Below the pieces are notes generated by a model, which was given only the letters and a program-made list of their open reading frames with translations, was not told the DNA's origin and did no database searches. The translations under genes and the position numbers were made by a program. From Octopus sinensis (Eukaryota), in the NCBI RefSeq assembly GCF_006345805.1, contig NC_042997.1, forward strand, positions 152,768,001 through 152,832,000: a stretch of DNA of 64,000 bases. Direction: 5' to 3'. Positions within the stretch are counted from its first letter, which is position 1. Every line of letters starts with the position of its first letter. Shown here piece after piece: positions 11,843 to 24,348 of the stretch.

Positions 11843-14570
11843 CTGTGAGAATAGACTGACTGAACGACTATAAATAGTAGCGGAGTGAGATAACAAAGAG
11901 AGAGAGTAGGCGTTAATCGCAGGAAGTCGTAAGGTGTTTTAGTAGTTTGCCAGAATATCGTTGGTTAGTTCGTGAATAGTTTGTGGAGAGTCTGTTGGAT
12001 TGATAGGTTGTTGTTACCCTGCTTCGTTATATGTTAATTGTTACTACACGGTTATAGTGTAAAAATGTTTCGTCATTACAATTGGCGATACAACAATATT
12101 GGCGGCGATGATTCGATGTTCACGCAGGTCAGTTAACGAATTTTTGTGATACAAAGTTGTTAATATGGAAGACTTATTAGCTTCTATAATTCAGTTGCAA
12201 AAGCAACGGCAAGAACAGCAACATGAGCTTCAGAAACAACGAACGGCAATACTTAAAAGTCGACCAGCAGTTGCTGGAATTAATATGGAAATCCTGAAAC
12301 TCTATAATTTAGTTTTCACCAGACGACGTATCCAACTCTATAACAGAATTGAGTTATAACCCAAAGGAGGGTATAATGTTTCTGGCATACTTCAGGGAAG
12401 ATTGTCAGTCGTAGGCGGACAAGAAAAAGGTAGGAATATTATTACGTAAATTAGCTCCATCAGAACATAAAAATATTGTAATTTTATACTAACCAAAACA
12501 ACTAGTGAAATTTCTTTCCAGGAAACAGTCGAATTACCATCAAAAATGTTCAGTGATAAGAGTTCTCTATTTAATACTTGATGGGACTGTTGGAGTCTAG
12601 TTTCTAAAAAAGGATGAAAGGCTTTGACGCGTATGCCGGGACTGTAAACAGAATGTGTGAGAGGTTTTAACTGAAGGAACTAAATCCTGATATGTTTAAG
12701 TGACTCGTTTTTGTACAAGGGCTGATGGCAAACAAAGATGCGGAGAAACGTGCAAAATTGCTCTCAAAACTTGAGCAAGTGGACCAGAGTTTAACCTTGC
12801 AGACAGTTGCAGAAGAGTGTCAAAGAATGGTTAACGTACGACAGGACGTAAAAAATTGAAGAGAATGATTTTTCTCAAGTACAAGCATGTCGACCGGGAG
12901 GGACTAAACAAAAAAATGTTAGGACTAAACCCCATGCTACGGATGTGGTGGACTACATTTCAGGAAGGACTGTCATTTCAAAACGCAGAAATGTTAAAGT
13001 TTCCAAAAAATAGGACACAAGTGCTCACATTGCAGAGCAAATTTAGGAAGGTCGAACATAAAAAATTCTAAAGTTTTCTCAACGGAAAGTAGAAACGACA
13101 CAAAAAATAGGAAAGTTGTACATGTAAAAGTAAACGAAGTGAATATTAAATTACAACTATATACTGGTATCGACATTTCGATAATTGATACCGACACAAG
13201 GAAAATAATTGGGAAGCCTGCTTTAAGAAAATCTTCGAAAATTGCAGGTGTGAAAGATGAAAAATTACACTTCGCAGGCGAAATGTGGAGCGATATTACT
13301 TTTCGTGGTAAAACCTGTAGAGCGAAAGTTTTCTTGTTAAACAATGCAACCAATCTGTTCGGTACGGACTGGATAGAGCTGTTTGACGTATGGGACCTCC
13401 CCATAATTCTGTACTGTAAAAAAAATAAATGGATCTCCCGCCAGTGAAAATAACTCATCAGCTCAACTGAAGAAAAAAAAATTAAAAACATGTCATTCAG
13501 GAGCTGCCAGTGACTGTACAAGATATGAAAAGTAAATAAGCGGAGAAAAAATACATAATAAAATTGAAAGAAACCTTGGAAAATAAACAAAAGAGAAACA
13601 CGAATGCGAACCATTTTTCACTCTTGCGACGCTGTATTAATGTACGCACAAAGCGTAATGGTATCAACTGCACTACAGAAACGTGTATTACATGAATTTC
13701 ATAGTGGACACCCGGGGATGTCAAGAATGAAAGCCTTGATGAGGAGTTACGTGTTTTTGCCGACAACTGAACGGGACATTGAAAATTGGGTGAAATCATG
13801 TAGATGTGCACTAGCAGCTGAGGTACCACAGATGAAATACCAATCGTGCTCTGAGACTGATAGTCTTTGGTCCAGGGTATATATAGACTACACTGGACCG
13901 GTGAATGGTTTATACTACTTGATCATTGTTGATCGCTTTACCAAATGGCCGTAAGTATGTTGGTATAGTCAACCGACCTCGAAAGCAACCACAAAGTTCC
14001 TGCACGAACTTTTTGTTTGATACGGTTTTCGGGACAACAAAGTATCGGACAATGGAACATAATTTACAAGATACGAGTTTAAAATTTCTGCAAAACACAT
14101 TTTTACCCCACCCTACCATCCGAGATGAAATGGGCAAGCAGAACGATTCTTTTAAGTGAGCACTAAAAAAAGCAAGGAACGAGTTAGGAAATAACGAAGC
14201 GCTAACTCAATTCTTAAGGGTGTACAGAAGAATCCGCCTGCTAATGCGCGCTCGGAAGGTAAAAGCTATCATCGAGAAAATGATGTCAAAGAAAAAACAT
14301 AGAGAAAAATACAAAAAATGCAACAAGATATTTTGATGTGCGAGATAAAATTCATTTCTAAATATACAAGAAAGGTAGAAAAGATTGGGGGGAGGACGGT
14401 ATAGTGGCTGAAAGAATTGGAAATATGACGTATTTAATAAAAGGCCAGCGATGGGAGCGTAAACGGCACATAATTCAATTAAAAACTAGACACACAGAAG
14501 AAAAGAAGGTAATTCCAATGGAAGTGTTTTACATGTGAGATGTGCCAGCACCAAAAGAGATTGAGCCTAG
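11843..14570 (+). mobile_element. Gypsy (Mag-like) LTR retrotransposon relic: 5' LTR, gag, protease, integrase; RT/RNaseH absent
   Basis: TG-start LTR-like segment with tataaa, followed by tggcg PBS-like motifs (~12085-12110). gag MEDLLASIIQLQKQ, a degraded zinc knuckle (~12930-13030), protease-like LQLYTGIDISII, and integrase HSGHPGMSRMKALMRSYV..WSRVYIDYTGP..IVDRFTKWP..VSDNGT..PPYHP. No 3' LTR seen. Confidence 0.85.
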
Positions 14571-14599
14571 AAGGAGCAGTATTCATCACTCATCTATCG

Positions 14600-15656
14600 T
14601 TAGTTCTGGAGCGGATTATGGGGGAACAATGTCGTGCATAAAACGATGCAACGTGGATACGAACTATCAAGACAGAATTACATGGAGGAAAGAAACAGAT
14701 CAATAATGTCATAAGTATGGGTGATATGAAAGAACAAGTGGGTAAAGTGCCTAACTGGAAACCCCCGAACCTGATGGTATTCATGGCCAGACATACAAAT
14801 GTTTAGGCATCAGTGAACTAGTTACGATACAATACACACAAATGAAAAAAAACCCAAAAAAAGAATACTATAGATAAATTAGATTAATACTGGAAACAGA
14901 ACTCAATACGAAGAACAAGATTATAGGTATCAACACTCTAGCCGTTCCAGTTATAAGTTACAGCTACAATATCCTTAACTGGACACTAAATGAACTAATC
15001 AAAATAGACAGGAAAACAACAAAAATAATGACAGGATTTAAGATGTACCACCCAAAATCTAACATAGAAAGGTTATATGTACAACGTATACAAGGTGGTA
15101 GAGGCATTATACAGCTAGAATACTATTACAAAATAACCACCATAAGAGTACAAATATACCTAGTTCAGAAGCAAGGAAAAATAATACAAATAGCCAGAAA
15201 ACACGAACAAAATACACACAAATAGAGAAATTAAGGCCAAAAGGAAATAGGCCAGATATAGTTGTCAGAGATCATGAAAAAAAAATGTTTTCTAATTGAT
15301 GTATCAATACCAGCAGATGACAACGTGTCTCTAAAAGAAATGGAGAAACTTTCAAACTAGAAAGACCTGGAAATAGAGGTAACTCGAATGTGGAATCTAA
15401 AAACAGAAACAATTCCTATCATACTAGGCGCATTAGGTATGGTAAAAAATATTCAGACAAATACATAACAAAAACACCATGACTTACAAATATATACAAA
15501 ATACAGAAAATTGCGCTACTGGACACAGTACACATCCTACGCAAAACACTTTCAATACAGTAACCATAAGAGCATCACTGCAAACCACTGCACATACCCA
15601 AAGCACACAGAGCTGCGCTCGGTAGTAAAGTGAGAACATGTGAAAAAAAAGACCAT

Positions 15657-15660
<4 letters not shown>
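14600..15660 (+). mobile_element. Composite RLE-type (R4/Dong-like) LINE relic A: pre-RT piece, thumb, RLE and 3' UTR
   Basis: KVPNWK..PDGIHG; MYHPKSNIERLYVQRIQGGRGIIQLE; RPDIVVRDH..IDVSIPADDN; 3' UTR nearly the same as copy B; ends in (TAA)n. Confidence 0.85.
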
Positions 15661-15707
<47 letters not shown>

Positions 15708-15720
15708 TAATAATAATAAT

Positions 15721-16480
15721 CGCAGCACAAGACCAAAGCCTCCCCACCAGAAATTACCAAAAACATGTAATGAAAAGAAATATTACAAGTAACTGCAGAA
15801 TATGTGGAGATGGACAAGAAACAATAAATCATATTATCTCTAGCTGCCCAGTCCTGGCTAAGAAGGAATATATTCACAGACATGACAGAGTTGGAACCTA
15901 CATACATTGGAAGCTATGCCAACATTATGGAATAACAACAGAAAAAAGATGGTATAGGCACACACCAGAAAAGGTCACAGAAAACGAGAAAGCAACCATA
16001 CTCTGGGATATGCCGATACACACAGATAGAGAAATTAAGGCCAACAGACCAGATATAGTTGTCAGAGATCATGAAGAAAAAAAATGCTTTCTAATTGATG
16101 TATCAATACCGGCAGATGACAACGTGTCTCTAAAAGAAATGGAGAAACTCTCAAAATACAAAGACCTGGAAATAGAGGTAACTAGAATGTGGAATCTGAA
16201 AACAGAAACAATTCCTATCATAGTAGGTGCATTAGGCATGATAAAAAAATATTCAGACAAATACATAACAAAAACACCAGGACTTACAAACACATATAAC
16301 ATACAGAAAATTGCACTACTAGGCACTGCACACATCCTACACAGAACACTTTCCATACAATAACCATCAGAGCATCACAACAAATCACAGCACATACCCA
16401 AGGCACACAGAGCTGCGCTCGGTAGTAAAGTGAAAGCACGCTATAAAAATAAAACTACTGAATAATAATAATAATAATAA
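15721..16480 (+). mobile_element. 5'-truncated R4/Dong-like LINE B with open CCHC and RLE frame
   Basis: AAQDQSL..CRICGDGQETINHIISSC (CCHC)..RHDRV..RPDIVVRD..LIDVSIP..EKLSKYKDL (PD-(D/E)xK); stop at 16363; 3' UTR ends ctgaataataata. Confidence 0.92.
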
Positions 16481-16481
16481 A

Positions 16482-17530
16482 GATGCTAAAATTTGTAGAA
16501 GAACATGAAAGACCGATAAAACGGATGCTAAAACTTGTTCAAAAACATGAAAGACCGAAAAAACTGATGCTAAAGCTTGTTGAAAAATATGAAAGACCGA
16601 AAAAACTTCACTATATTCTGAAAGAGAGCAAAATATTCGCTATTGATCTCTTAGATACCTACCAAATTGATCAGGTTGAAGGAAATACGCCAACTGCTGC
16701 TGCAAAGAAAATAAAATTAATTGCAGAGACAAAAGCACATGAAAAATTAGCTAGCAGATGGGAACAGAAACCTCTGTATGGCAAGTATGTAGCCCGTGGC
16801 AAACAAGCTGATGTCAACCAGAAACACACGCACCAATGGCTACGAAGCTCAGGGCTAAAAGCAGAGAGTGAAGGTTTCGTATTAGCTGCTCAAGACCAAA
16901 GCTTATTAACCCGGAATTACCAAGCCAATGTGATAAAAAATGGAGCTGACCCAAAATGCCGATTCTGTAACGATGAGATTGAAATTTTATACCACCTAAT
17001 CTCAAGTTGTAGAGTCTTAGCACCTGTAGAATATAAAGCAAGACATGACAGAGTCGGCCAGTATTTATACTGGACAATATGTCAGTATTATGAAATCAAA
17101 ACCGCTGACAAATGGTATAAACACCATCCTGAAGCTGTGACTGAGGGAGAAAATGTGTCGATTCATTGGGACTTCCCCGTCAATACCAACAAAACTATAA
17201 AAGCTAAAAAATGATATTATAAAAGATCAGACAAAAGAAAACGTGTGTAATTGACATGAGTATTCCTTGCGATCACAATAAGCAGAGAAAGAATTTGACA
17301 AGATCAGTAAATATAAAAGCTTGCTAATAGAAATTGAAAAAGTGCGGCATCTCAAGGCGACTACAGTACCAGTGATGGTAGGATCTCTAGGAATGATAAA
17401 AAAAGATACTGAAACCTATTTGAAAATGATACCAGGCTTACCATCCCTACATGAAGTGCAAAAGATCGTGTTAACTGGGACGACTCAAGTACTGAGAAGA
17501 GCGTTATCGTTGTGAAAACAACATCCATTC
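16482..17530 (+). mobile_element. R4/Dong-like LINE C (different subfamily), 5'-truncated, with a 42 bp triplication at its 5' edge
   Basis: PLYGKY..HQWLRSSGLKAESEGFVLAAQDQSL..CRFCNDEIEILYHLISSC..RHDRVG; frameshifted RLE region; repeat units start at 16483, 16525 and 16567. Confidence 0.9.
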
Positions 17531-17539
17531 ATGAATTTA

Positions 17540-18385
17540 GTTAGTTAGTTAGTTAGTTAATTTGGCTCAAAAGCAAATAGCAAGGCCATGTAGGGGGACA
17601 TGGAGTTAAGTACAGGGTGGTGTTCATGTAAAGAGTTCAGGCCACTTGAGGTCCAGGGAGGCTTTGAACAAAGCGGTCGTCGGCATCTTCACCATCTCAT
17701 CTGGCAGCTTGTTCCACGGATCCGCAACCCGGACGGAGAAAGCTCCTCTCCTTCGATTGAGATGAAATCGTCGCAGGTAGAGCTTTTCGGAATGACCCCG
17801 CAGCCGACGCTCCGGAGCAGGAGTGAAGAACAGCTCTTTCGAGAGGTTACACTTCCCGCTTATGATGTTGTGGGCGTGAATGAGATCACCACGGCGGCGG
17901 CGTTTTTCAAGAGAATAAAGGTCGAGCGTCCTCAGCCGTTCTTCGTAGGACAAATTTTTGAGACCATGAACCAGGCGGGTAGCCAGCCTCTGGACTCTTT
18001 CGAGGTGCTGTATGTCTTTGAGGAGATAAGGAGAAGAGGCTTGAATCCCATACTCCAATATGGGTCTCACCAGCGTGACATAGAGTGGCAGGAATATGGC
18101 TGCTGTGAGCACTCCGAATGACCGTCGAATCAAAAACAGAATTCCGCGCGCTTTGTTGGCAGCATGGACGCACTGGGCCGAAGGCGAAAAGGAGGAATCC
18201 ACCAAGATACCCAGGTCCTTTACCTGATCGGTCCTCTCCAGCAGCAGACGACCCGGCTCGAAATCAAGTTGAGTTGTAGGAGTAGAGCCGACAGGCAGAT
18301 GACAGCACTTTGACACGTTCAGACACAGGTCCCAATCGTTAGACCACTTCCAAATTTGGTGGAGGCATCGACGAAGATCCTCTAT
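17540..18385 (-). mobile_element. Young, GC-rich 5'-truncated CR1 LINE with (TAAC)n tail
   Basis: Uninterrupted frame VKDLGILVD..YVTLVRPILEY..LERVQRLATR..LYSLEKRRRRGDLI..FSVRVADPWNKLP ends at 17624; tail is (gtta)n on + at ~17540-17558. Confidence 0.92.
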
Positions 18386-18530
18386 ACTAGCGCGAGAATA
18401 ATTTTTTAATACATATTTTACCTAAGAATTTGCGTGTGTAATACGGGAATCCATACAATGAGCTACTCTGCCCTAGGTGTACGGAAAACACTCGGCGAGA
18501 AATGGAAGAAAATTTGAAGAAAGAAGGAAA

Positions 18531-18870
<340 letters not shown>

Positions 18871-18879
18871 TGTAATCAT

Positions 18880-19945
18880 GATAGAAAAATACAAAAATTG
18901 TTGACAGAATGCATCACCCTAAGGCTGATATAGACGATTTTACCTGGCAAGAAAAGAGGACGGCCGTGGACTTCTCCAACTGGAATTGGCTTAAACTCCT
19001 ACCTGAAACTCTCTGATGACTAGATGTTAAAACTTGCCTTAAAACACAGTAACAAAACAGGCAAACAAATATCTAAGTGAATTCCAAATACAACAAATTC
19101 CAGAATTAGACGAACTAGAAACAAACACAGAAAAGGCTAAACGTATGAAAACCCGTGCTAAGACTCCTGCCTTAGATATCCTTACTGATAAATGGTAAGA
19201 AAAACCTCTCAATGGCAAATACCCAAAGAGAACTAATACTGCTGATGTTGACAAAGCCCTTACCCATCAATAGTTAGCGTCTTCTGGCTTAAAATTAGAG
19301 ACAGAATTATTCTTTAAAGCAGCCCAAGCTACAAGAAGCTACCAGGACAACAACTTAAAGAACGGTTGTAGCCCAACATGTCGTGTATATAATCAACAAA
19401 ATGAAAACATTGATAATGTTGTCTCCATGTGCAGTCTTCTTGTGCCTACGGAGTATCTCAACAGTCATGAGAGAACAGCACAGTATATTTACTAGGTAAT
19501 TTTTAAAGACTTGGACCTGTCTCATGATAAAGACTGGAGGGAAGACAAACCACCGCCAGTGCTTGAAAATGACTACATCTCACCCCTTTGAAACTTCACA
19601 GTTCAAACTGATAGAAAGATAGCTGCAAATAGGCCAGATATTATACTGAAAGACTTCAGATGAAAATCATGCCTCCTCATCGATATGACTGTCTCAATCG
19701 ACATAAATATATCTGTCAAAACCTACCGAAAACTAAGCAAGTATAAAGATCCTGAAATTGAAATTGGCAAAATGTGGAACCTCAAAACTAAAACAATACC
19801 TGTTGTCATAGGTGCCCTAGGAATGATAGCAAAGGATATTGATTGCTACCTAACTCAGATACCAAGAAATCAAAAAATGGAAGGAATTCAAAAATAGTGC
19901 TCATGGGAACTGCCCATATCCTACATAAAATATTGTCTGTATGAT
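18880..19945 (+). mobile_element. Degraded R4/Dong-like LINE D (thumb to RLE)
   Basis: HPKADIDDLPGKKRGRPW; KPLNGKYP; ANRPDIILKD; KLSKYKDPEIEIGKMWNLKTKTIPVVIGALG; many stops. Confidence 0.85.
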
Positions 19946-20112
19946 CTAAAATTTTAAAACAAACTTATAATTTTTTCATGCGTCAAAATATTTTTAAATG
20001 TACATAGCAGTAAACACCTTTTATTATCATCTTAACATCAGACTATCATCTTATAATTAAATTACTTTTAAAACACTTATAATTTATTTACATTTTAAGA
20101 CATTTTTTAGTA

Positions 20113-20600
20113 CAAGACTCGCCAACATGAGGCCCGCGGGCCGCATGCGGCCCATAGATGTTTATCTTGCGGTCTGTTTGATACTATCTTGAAATGGGTT
20201 TATTTAAACAAACATTATCAAAATTTTATCAAAATTTAGGGTTTGTAATGAAAAGTATAAAAGAATGATACTACTGTTTTTGCAACGATAATATTTCATG
20301 TTGAATCAACAATCCTTCATTCATTATTGTAATAATAGCATGAGAAGGCAAAATGCTTTCAATTCTGTCAGTATACAAGCGGCTCTCAAAACACTTTTTG
20401 TGATTAAAGTCGTCTGCAATGTAATTCGAGTTGGACAGGCCTACTCTAGAACAATACTCCGTGCAAAACCAAATATCTGTCACGCTAGTCATAACACCAA
20501 CTTGAACTTCTAAATTGTTTTCTCTTGAGGTCTCTGGGTGAGACTTGGTGTCTACTTGTAGACATACAAAGCAAAAGCCAACCACATAATAATAATTATA
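20113..20600 (-). mobile_element. hAT (Charlie/SPIN-like) transposon 3' end relic
   Basis: Terminal motif caagactcgccaac..ggcccgcgggccgcatgcggccc is typical of Charlie/SPIN-type ends; minus-strand SRLYTDRIESIL..LQKQ resembles the hAT dimerisation-domain end. Confidence 0.55.
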
Positions 20601-20980
20601 GCCTTGGTGCATCTTTCCTAATCTCAGTTATAAGCTGAAGTAAATTTTCAGAGAATAAACCTGTTGTTGAATAACACTTAAAGGTAATGTGACTGTTTGA
20701 TGCTGATCCGTTTAATTAAATGGTGATGTGAATATCTAGAATTCAAAGAGAAACTTGATGAAATAGAATCACTTGGGAAAGGACTTGAAGTTCAAAAGTT
20801 TTAATGCATACACTGCTACTTTAAACCATACATCATCCTTCGTGAATGTTAAATAGAACGCAACATGCTTGTCAACCTATATCTGAACATCTAAATACAG
20901 AGACACTTCAGGGAGTTCCTTTTCAAATTCTGAATTTTACATTACAGGCGAATTAAAAAGATATACACAAAACGAAAGCC

Positions 20981-21288
20981 AGTTTCGATACTTACACTTC
21001 TTTACCATCAATATATTAATATTGTGAAGATTTGCATCACTACTCGCTTATATTTCGGAGTGTTCCTCTATATAAATTTACATTATTCCTCTTATTTCTC
21101 ACATAGGTTTATCAATAATGTTAATAAACACAAAACCAAAAGCAGTTTCGATACTTACACTTCTTTATCGTCAATATATTAATATTGTGAAGATTTACAT
21201 CACTATTCGCTTACATTTCGGAGTCTTCCTCTGTATAAATTTCCATTATTCCTCTTATTTCTAATATAGGTTTATCAATAATGTTAAT
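20981..21288. repeat. 163 bp tandem duplication
   Basis: agtttcgatacttacacttc at 20981 and 21144; about 90% identical by eye. Confidence 0.9.
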
Positions 21289-21769
21289 GCATGCCACATA
21301 CGTCTTTCCTGGACTTAGATATTCTTCTGTGCATAAGGGAACCATTTTTGCTAGTTACTGATCTTCTACTTAAAGCTTAATGCTAATGCAGGTGAAACAA
21401 CATATAGCTATTTGTCACTCACCGATGTTGCGACCTTTATATCAACTTGAACATAACATGATGTAATCCATAGCAGTTTTGATTTCCACCGAGAATAGTC
21501 ATAATATATTGTCCGTTGAATTCAGGAGAAAATACGTGGAGACACAACACACGCACACACACACATACACATACCTACATACACACACATACACACACAC
21601 GAATGTATATACACATATATAACAATATTAACATATATATCTATGTGCGTGTGTTCGTGTGTGTATGTCTATTTATACATGTATGTATATATCCCATTTA
21701 CACTTCGAATTTAAACACCTTCATGAATTAAGAAAAATGTCTAAATTAGATCAGTGTGTCTTTTATCAT

Positions 21770-22170
21770 ATGGTTGCTCTTCAACTGCATCAAAAGTTTT
21801 CCTTCCCACGTCATTGAAGAGTAAACTTATTACCGAACCTTTCCTGGGTTAAATAACAATTGGTGAAAAATGGATTCTCTATAGTCATATTCAATAAAAT
21901 GATTCGCACCCAATAAAAAAAAGAGAATCCATCATCAATCAAGAACTACACCTGAAAAGTGTTATTCTCTATGTTGGAATATGTAGGGTCCCTCTATTAT
22001 AAAGTTTTAAACAAAAACTAAACGGTTAATATAGGGAAATATTGTCAATGCAGAGAAATATCGTCAGTTGCAAGCATTGCACGAAAATCAAAGAAAACAT
22101 ATGTCGTTGGTCAATTTTAAGGAGGTGTTGCTTTTACACGATAATGCAAACACTTCATATTGCCCAAATC
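21770..22170 (+). mobile_element. Degraded mariner transposase fragment
   Basis: EPFLG*ITIGEKWILY (from IVTGDEKW), ELHLKSV (from LHPKK), GVAFLHDNA-like motif. Confidence 0.7.
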
Positions 22171-22199
22171 CTTCAGATAGTTATTGTAACACTTGCAAC

Positions 22200-23604
22200 A
22201 GGTGTAGAGTTTTATGCTAAAATACGTGGTACAGTTAATAAACAGTAAAATGCCTAAAACAAGGAAGTTGAGTGAGTGTGAGCGAGATCAAATCGTAGCC
22301 CATCATGTAGGTGGAATGTCTCAAAGGCAAATTGCTCAGAGGATGAAATATTCTCGATGTGTGGTGCAAACGACACTCAAGAGCTTCAGAGAAACAAAGG
22401 ATGTGAAGACAATACAAATAACAGGTAGAAAAAAAGGTTACATCTCGTGAGAACAGACCCATCATCAGTCAGTCGCTCAGAAATAGGAGAAAAATATCGT
22501 CAGAGCTCTGTCCGGACTTCAACGTGGCAAGTACTTCAAAAATATCAACTAGAACTGTTAGAAGAAGGCTTGTAGAGTACGGTCTGAAAGGCTGTAAAGC
22601 CATAAAGAAGCTATGGGTTTCTGAAGCGAATATGGAAAAACGTTTTCAGTAGGCCAAAAACAATTCAAATTGGACCAATGAGCAATGTTCGAAAGTTATA
22701 TGGTCTGATGAAAGTAACTATGAGGTAAGACACTACATGTTTTCAATCAACATATAAAATTAACGTAACTTGTTTGTTGCTCAAAATTTATACCAAGACT
22801 ATTGAAAAGGTTGCAAGACGCAACGAAAATTTTAGGAAAATAAGAATAAGAAATAAGTGGTAATTTTACCGGTGAGTGTGTTACATTATAAGGCACAAAA
22901 AGAAAATGACTCTCCCTAGACACAACAGTATATAAAAAAAGTATCCAACATAAAGCTAATATTTTTTGTTTTTACTTAGGTTTTCTGTACATCTGATACA
23001 ACTTTCGTGCGTCGCAGAGTTGGGGAAGCATTTAAGGCTGAATGTCTGGCACCAACCGTAAAGCATGGGGGTGGTTCTATTATGATGTGGGCCTGCATGT
23101 CTGTCACAGGACCCGGAGAAATGTTTTTATGTTGGAAGGATAAATTCAGCACCTATGTTTCTATGGTATCGGATGTTTTAGAGCCATCGATTGCTAAATT
23201 GCATCCAGGAGTGTCGAAAACAGGACAACGCTCCATGCCATACAGCAAAGAATACTCGTCAATGGTTTGAGACACAGGCTATTGTTCCCATGGACTAGCC
23301 AGCTCGAAGTCCCAATCTAAATCCAAATCCGATCGAACACCTATGGAGAACCCTTAGTGAAGCTATCAGGAATACAACAATTAAAAATGAAGAGCATTTG
23401 TAGTAAAAGTTGAGGGGGGAATTGAGTAAAATTGCGCCTAACCGTATAAAAGCGGTAACTGATACTAAAGGAGGGTCAACCAGATATTAAAACCAATATA
23501 TATTATGAAATGTACCATAATCTACCATGTGCACGAGCTTCATTAACATTGAGATAACAGAACTCCAAAACATTGGGGTGACCTAATACTTTTGACCAAG
23601 GCTG
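22200..23604 (+). mobile_element. Tc1 (DD34E) transposon relic with a GT-AG intron at 22725-22979
   Basis: MPKTRKLSECERDQIV HTH; WSDESNYE|VFCTSDTTFVRRRVGE..TVKHGGGSIMMWAC joins in frame after splicing; QDNAPCH..NPIEHLW; right TIR ggggtgacctaatacttttgaccaaggctg followed by TA (23605). Left TIR not found. Confidence 0.88.
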
Positions 23605-24348
23605 TAGATACTGATGGATACTGATGATGATGAACTATAAGGCAGAAGATATTGTCTCTCATATTCCCATTCTGTCACAATCATACCTCACACAATAGTT
23701 AAAATCTCTCGTGGTAAGATGTACTCACAGCATTACGATTCTTATTTGCTCTGTAACGTATTTCTCTTGAAGTAATGTATGCATACATATTGTACAATGT
23801 ATCTTTAGAAATTGTTATTCTCATACATAAAGCGATTGTGTTGTTGCTTGTTTGTTGCTTTTAGGAAAACATCTTTAGGATCGAATTATCACTTTAAAAC
23901 ATGAAAAGCAATAAGAAATCAATTTTGCTCTACGTAACTATGCGTTACGGTATGTTTTCAGAGACTTATTATTTTCGTAGTCCTGGGTGGAGTTTCATTC
24001 ATATATACATATACATGTTGTCTTCCCACTTGTTTTTGCTTGAGGAACTCTTGATGACCGAGTCGATAAAGTACTGGACAAATAACTGTGTGAATAACAA
24101 TTATATGGCCTCATAGGAGTAAAGAAACGAACTAAAGTTAGGGAATTGAGTCTCCTACTCCAACTCGTTTTATCCCTGATAAGGATCTTGAGAATAAAAA
24201 TTATCTACTTAACATCATTCTTAAATCCGTTTGGCAGTTATATTTTCATGCACAGCAGTTCTGAAATCGCTTCTATATAAATAATTTTTATAACGCGGCA
24301 TCACATTTTCATTACAACTCTTTGTTCAATAAGTCAGTGAGGTGATTA

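Noticed and set aside
17600-18121. 173 aa plus-strand ORF
   Set aside because: Antisense shadow of the GC-rich CR1 ORF2.
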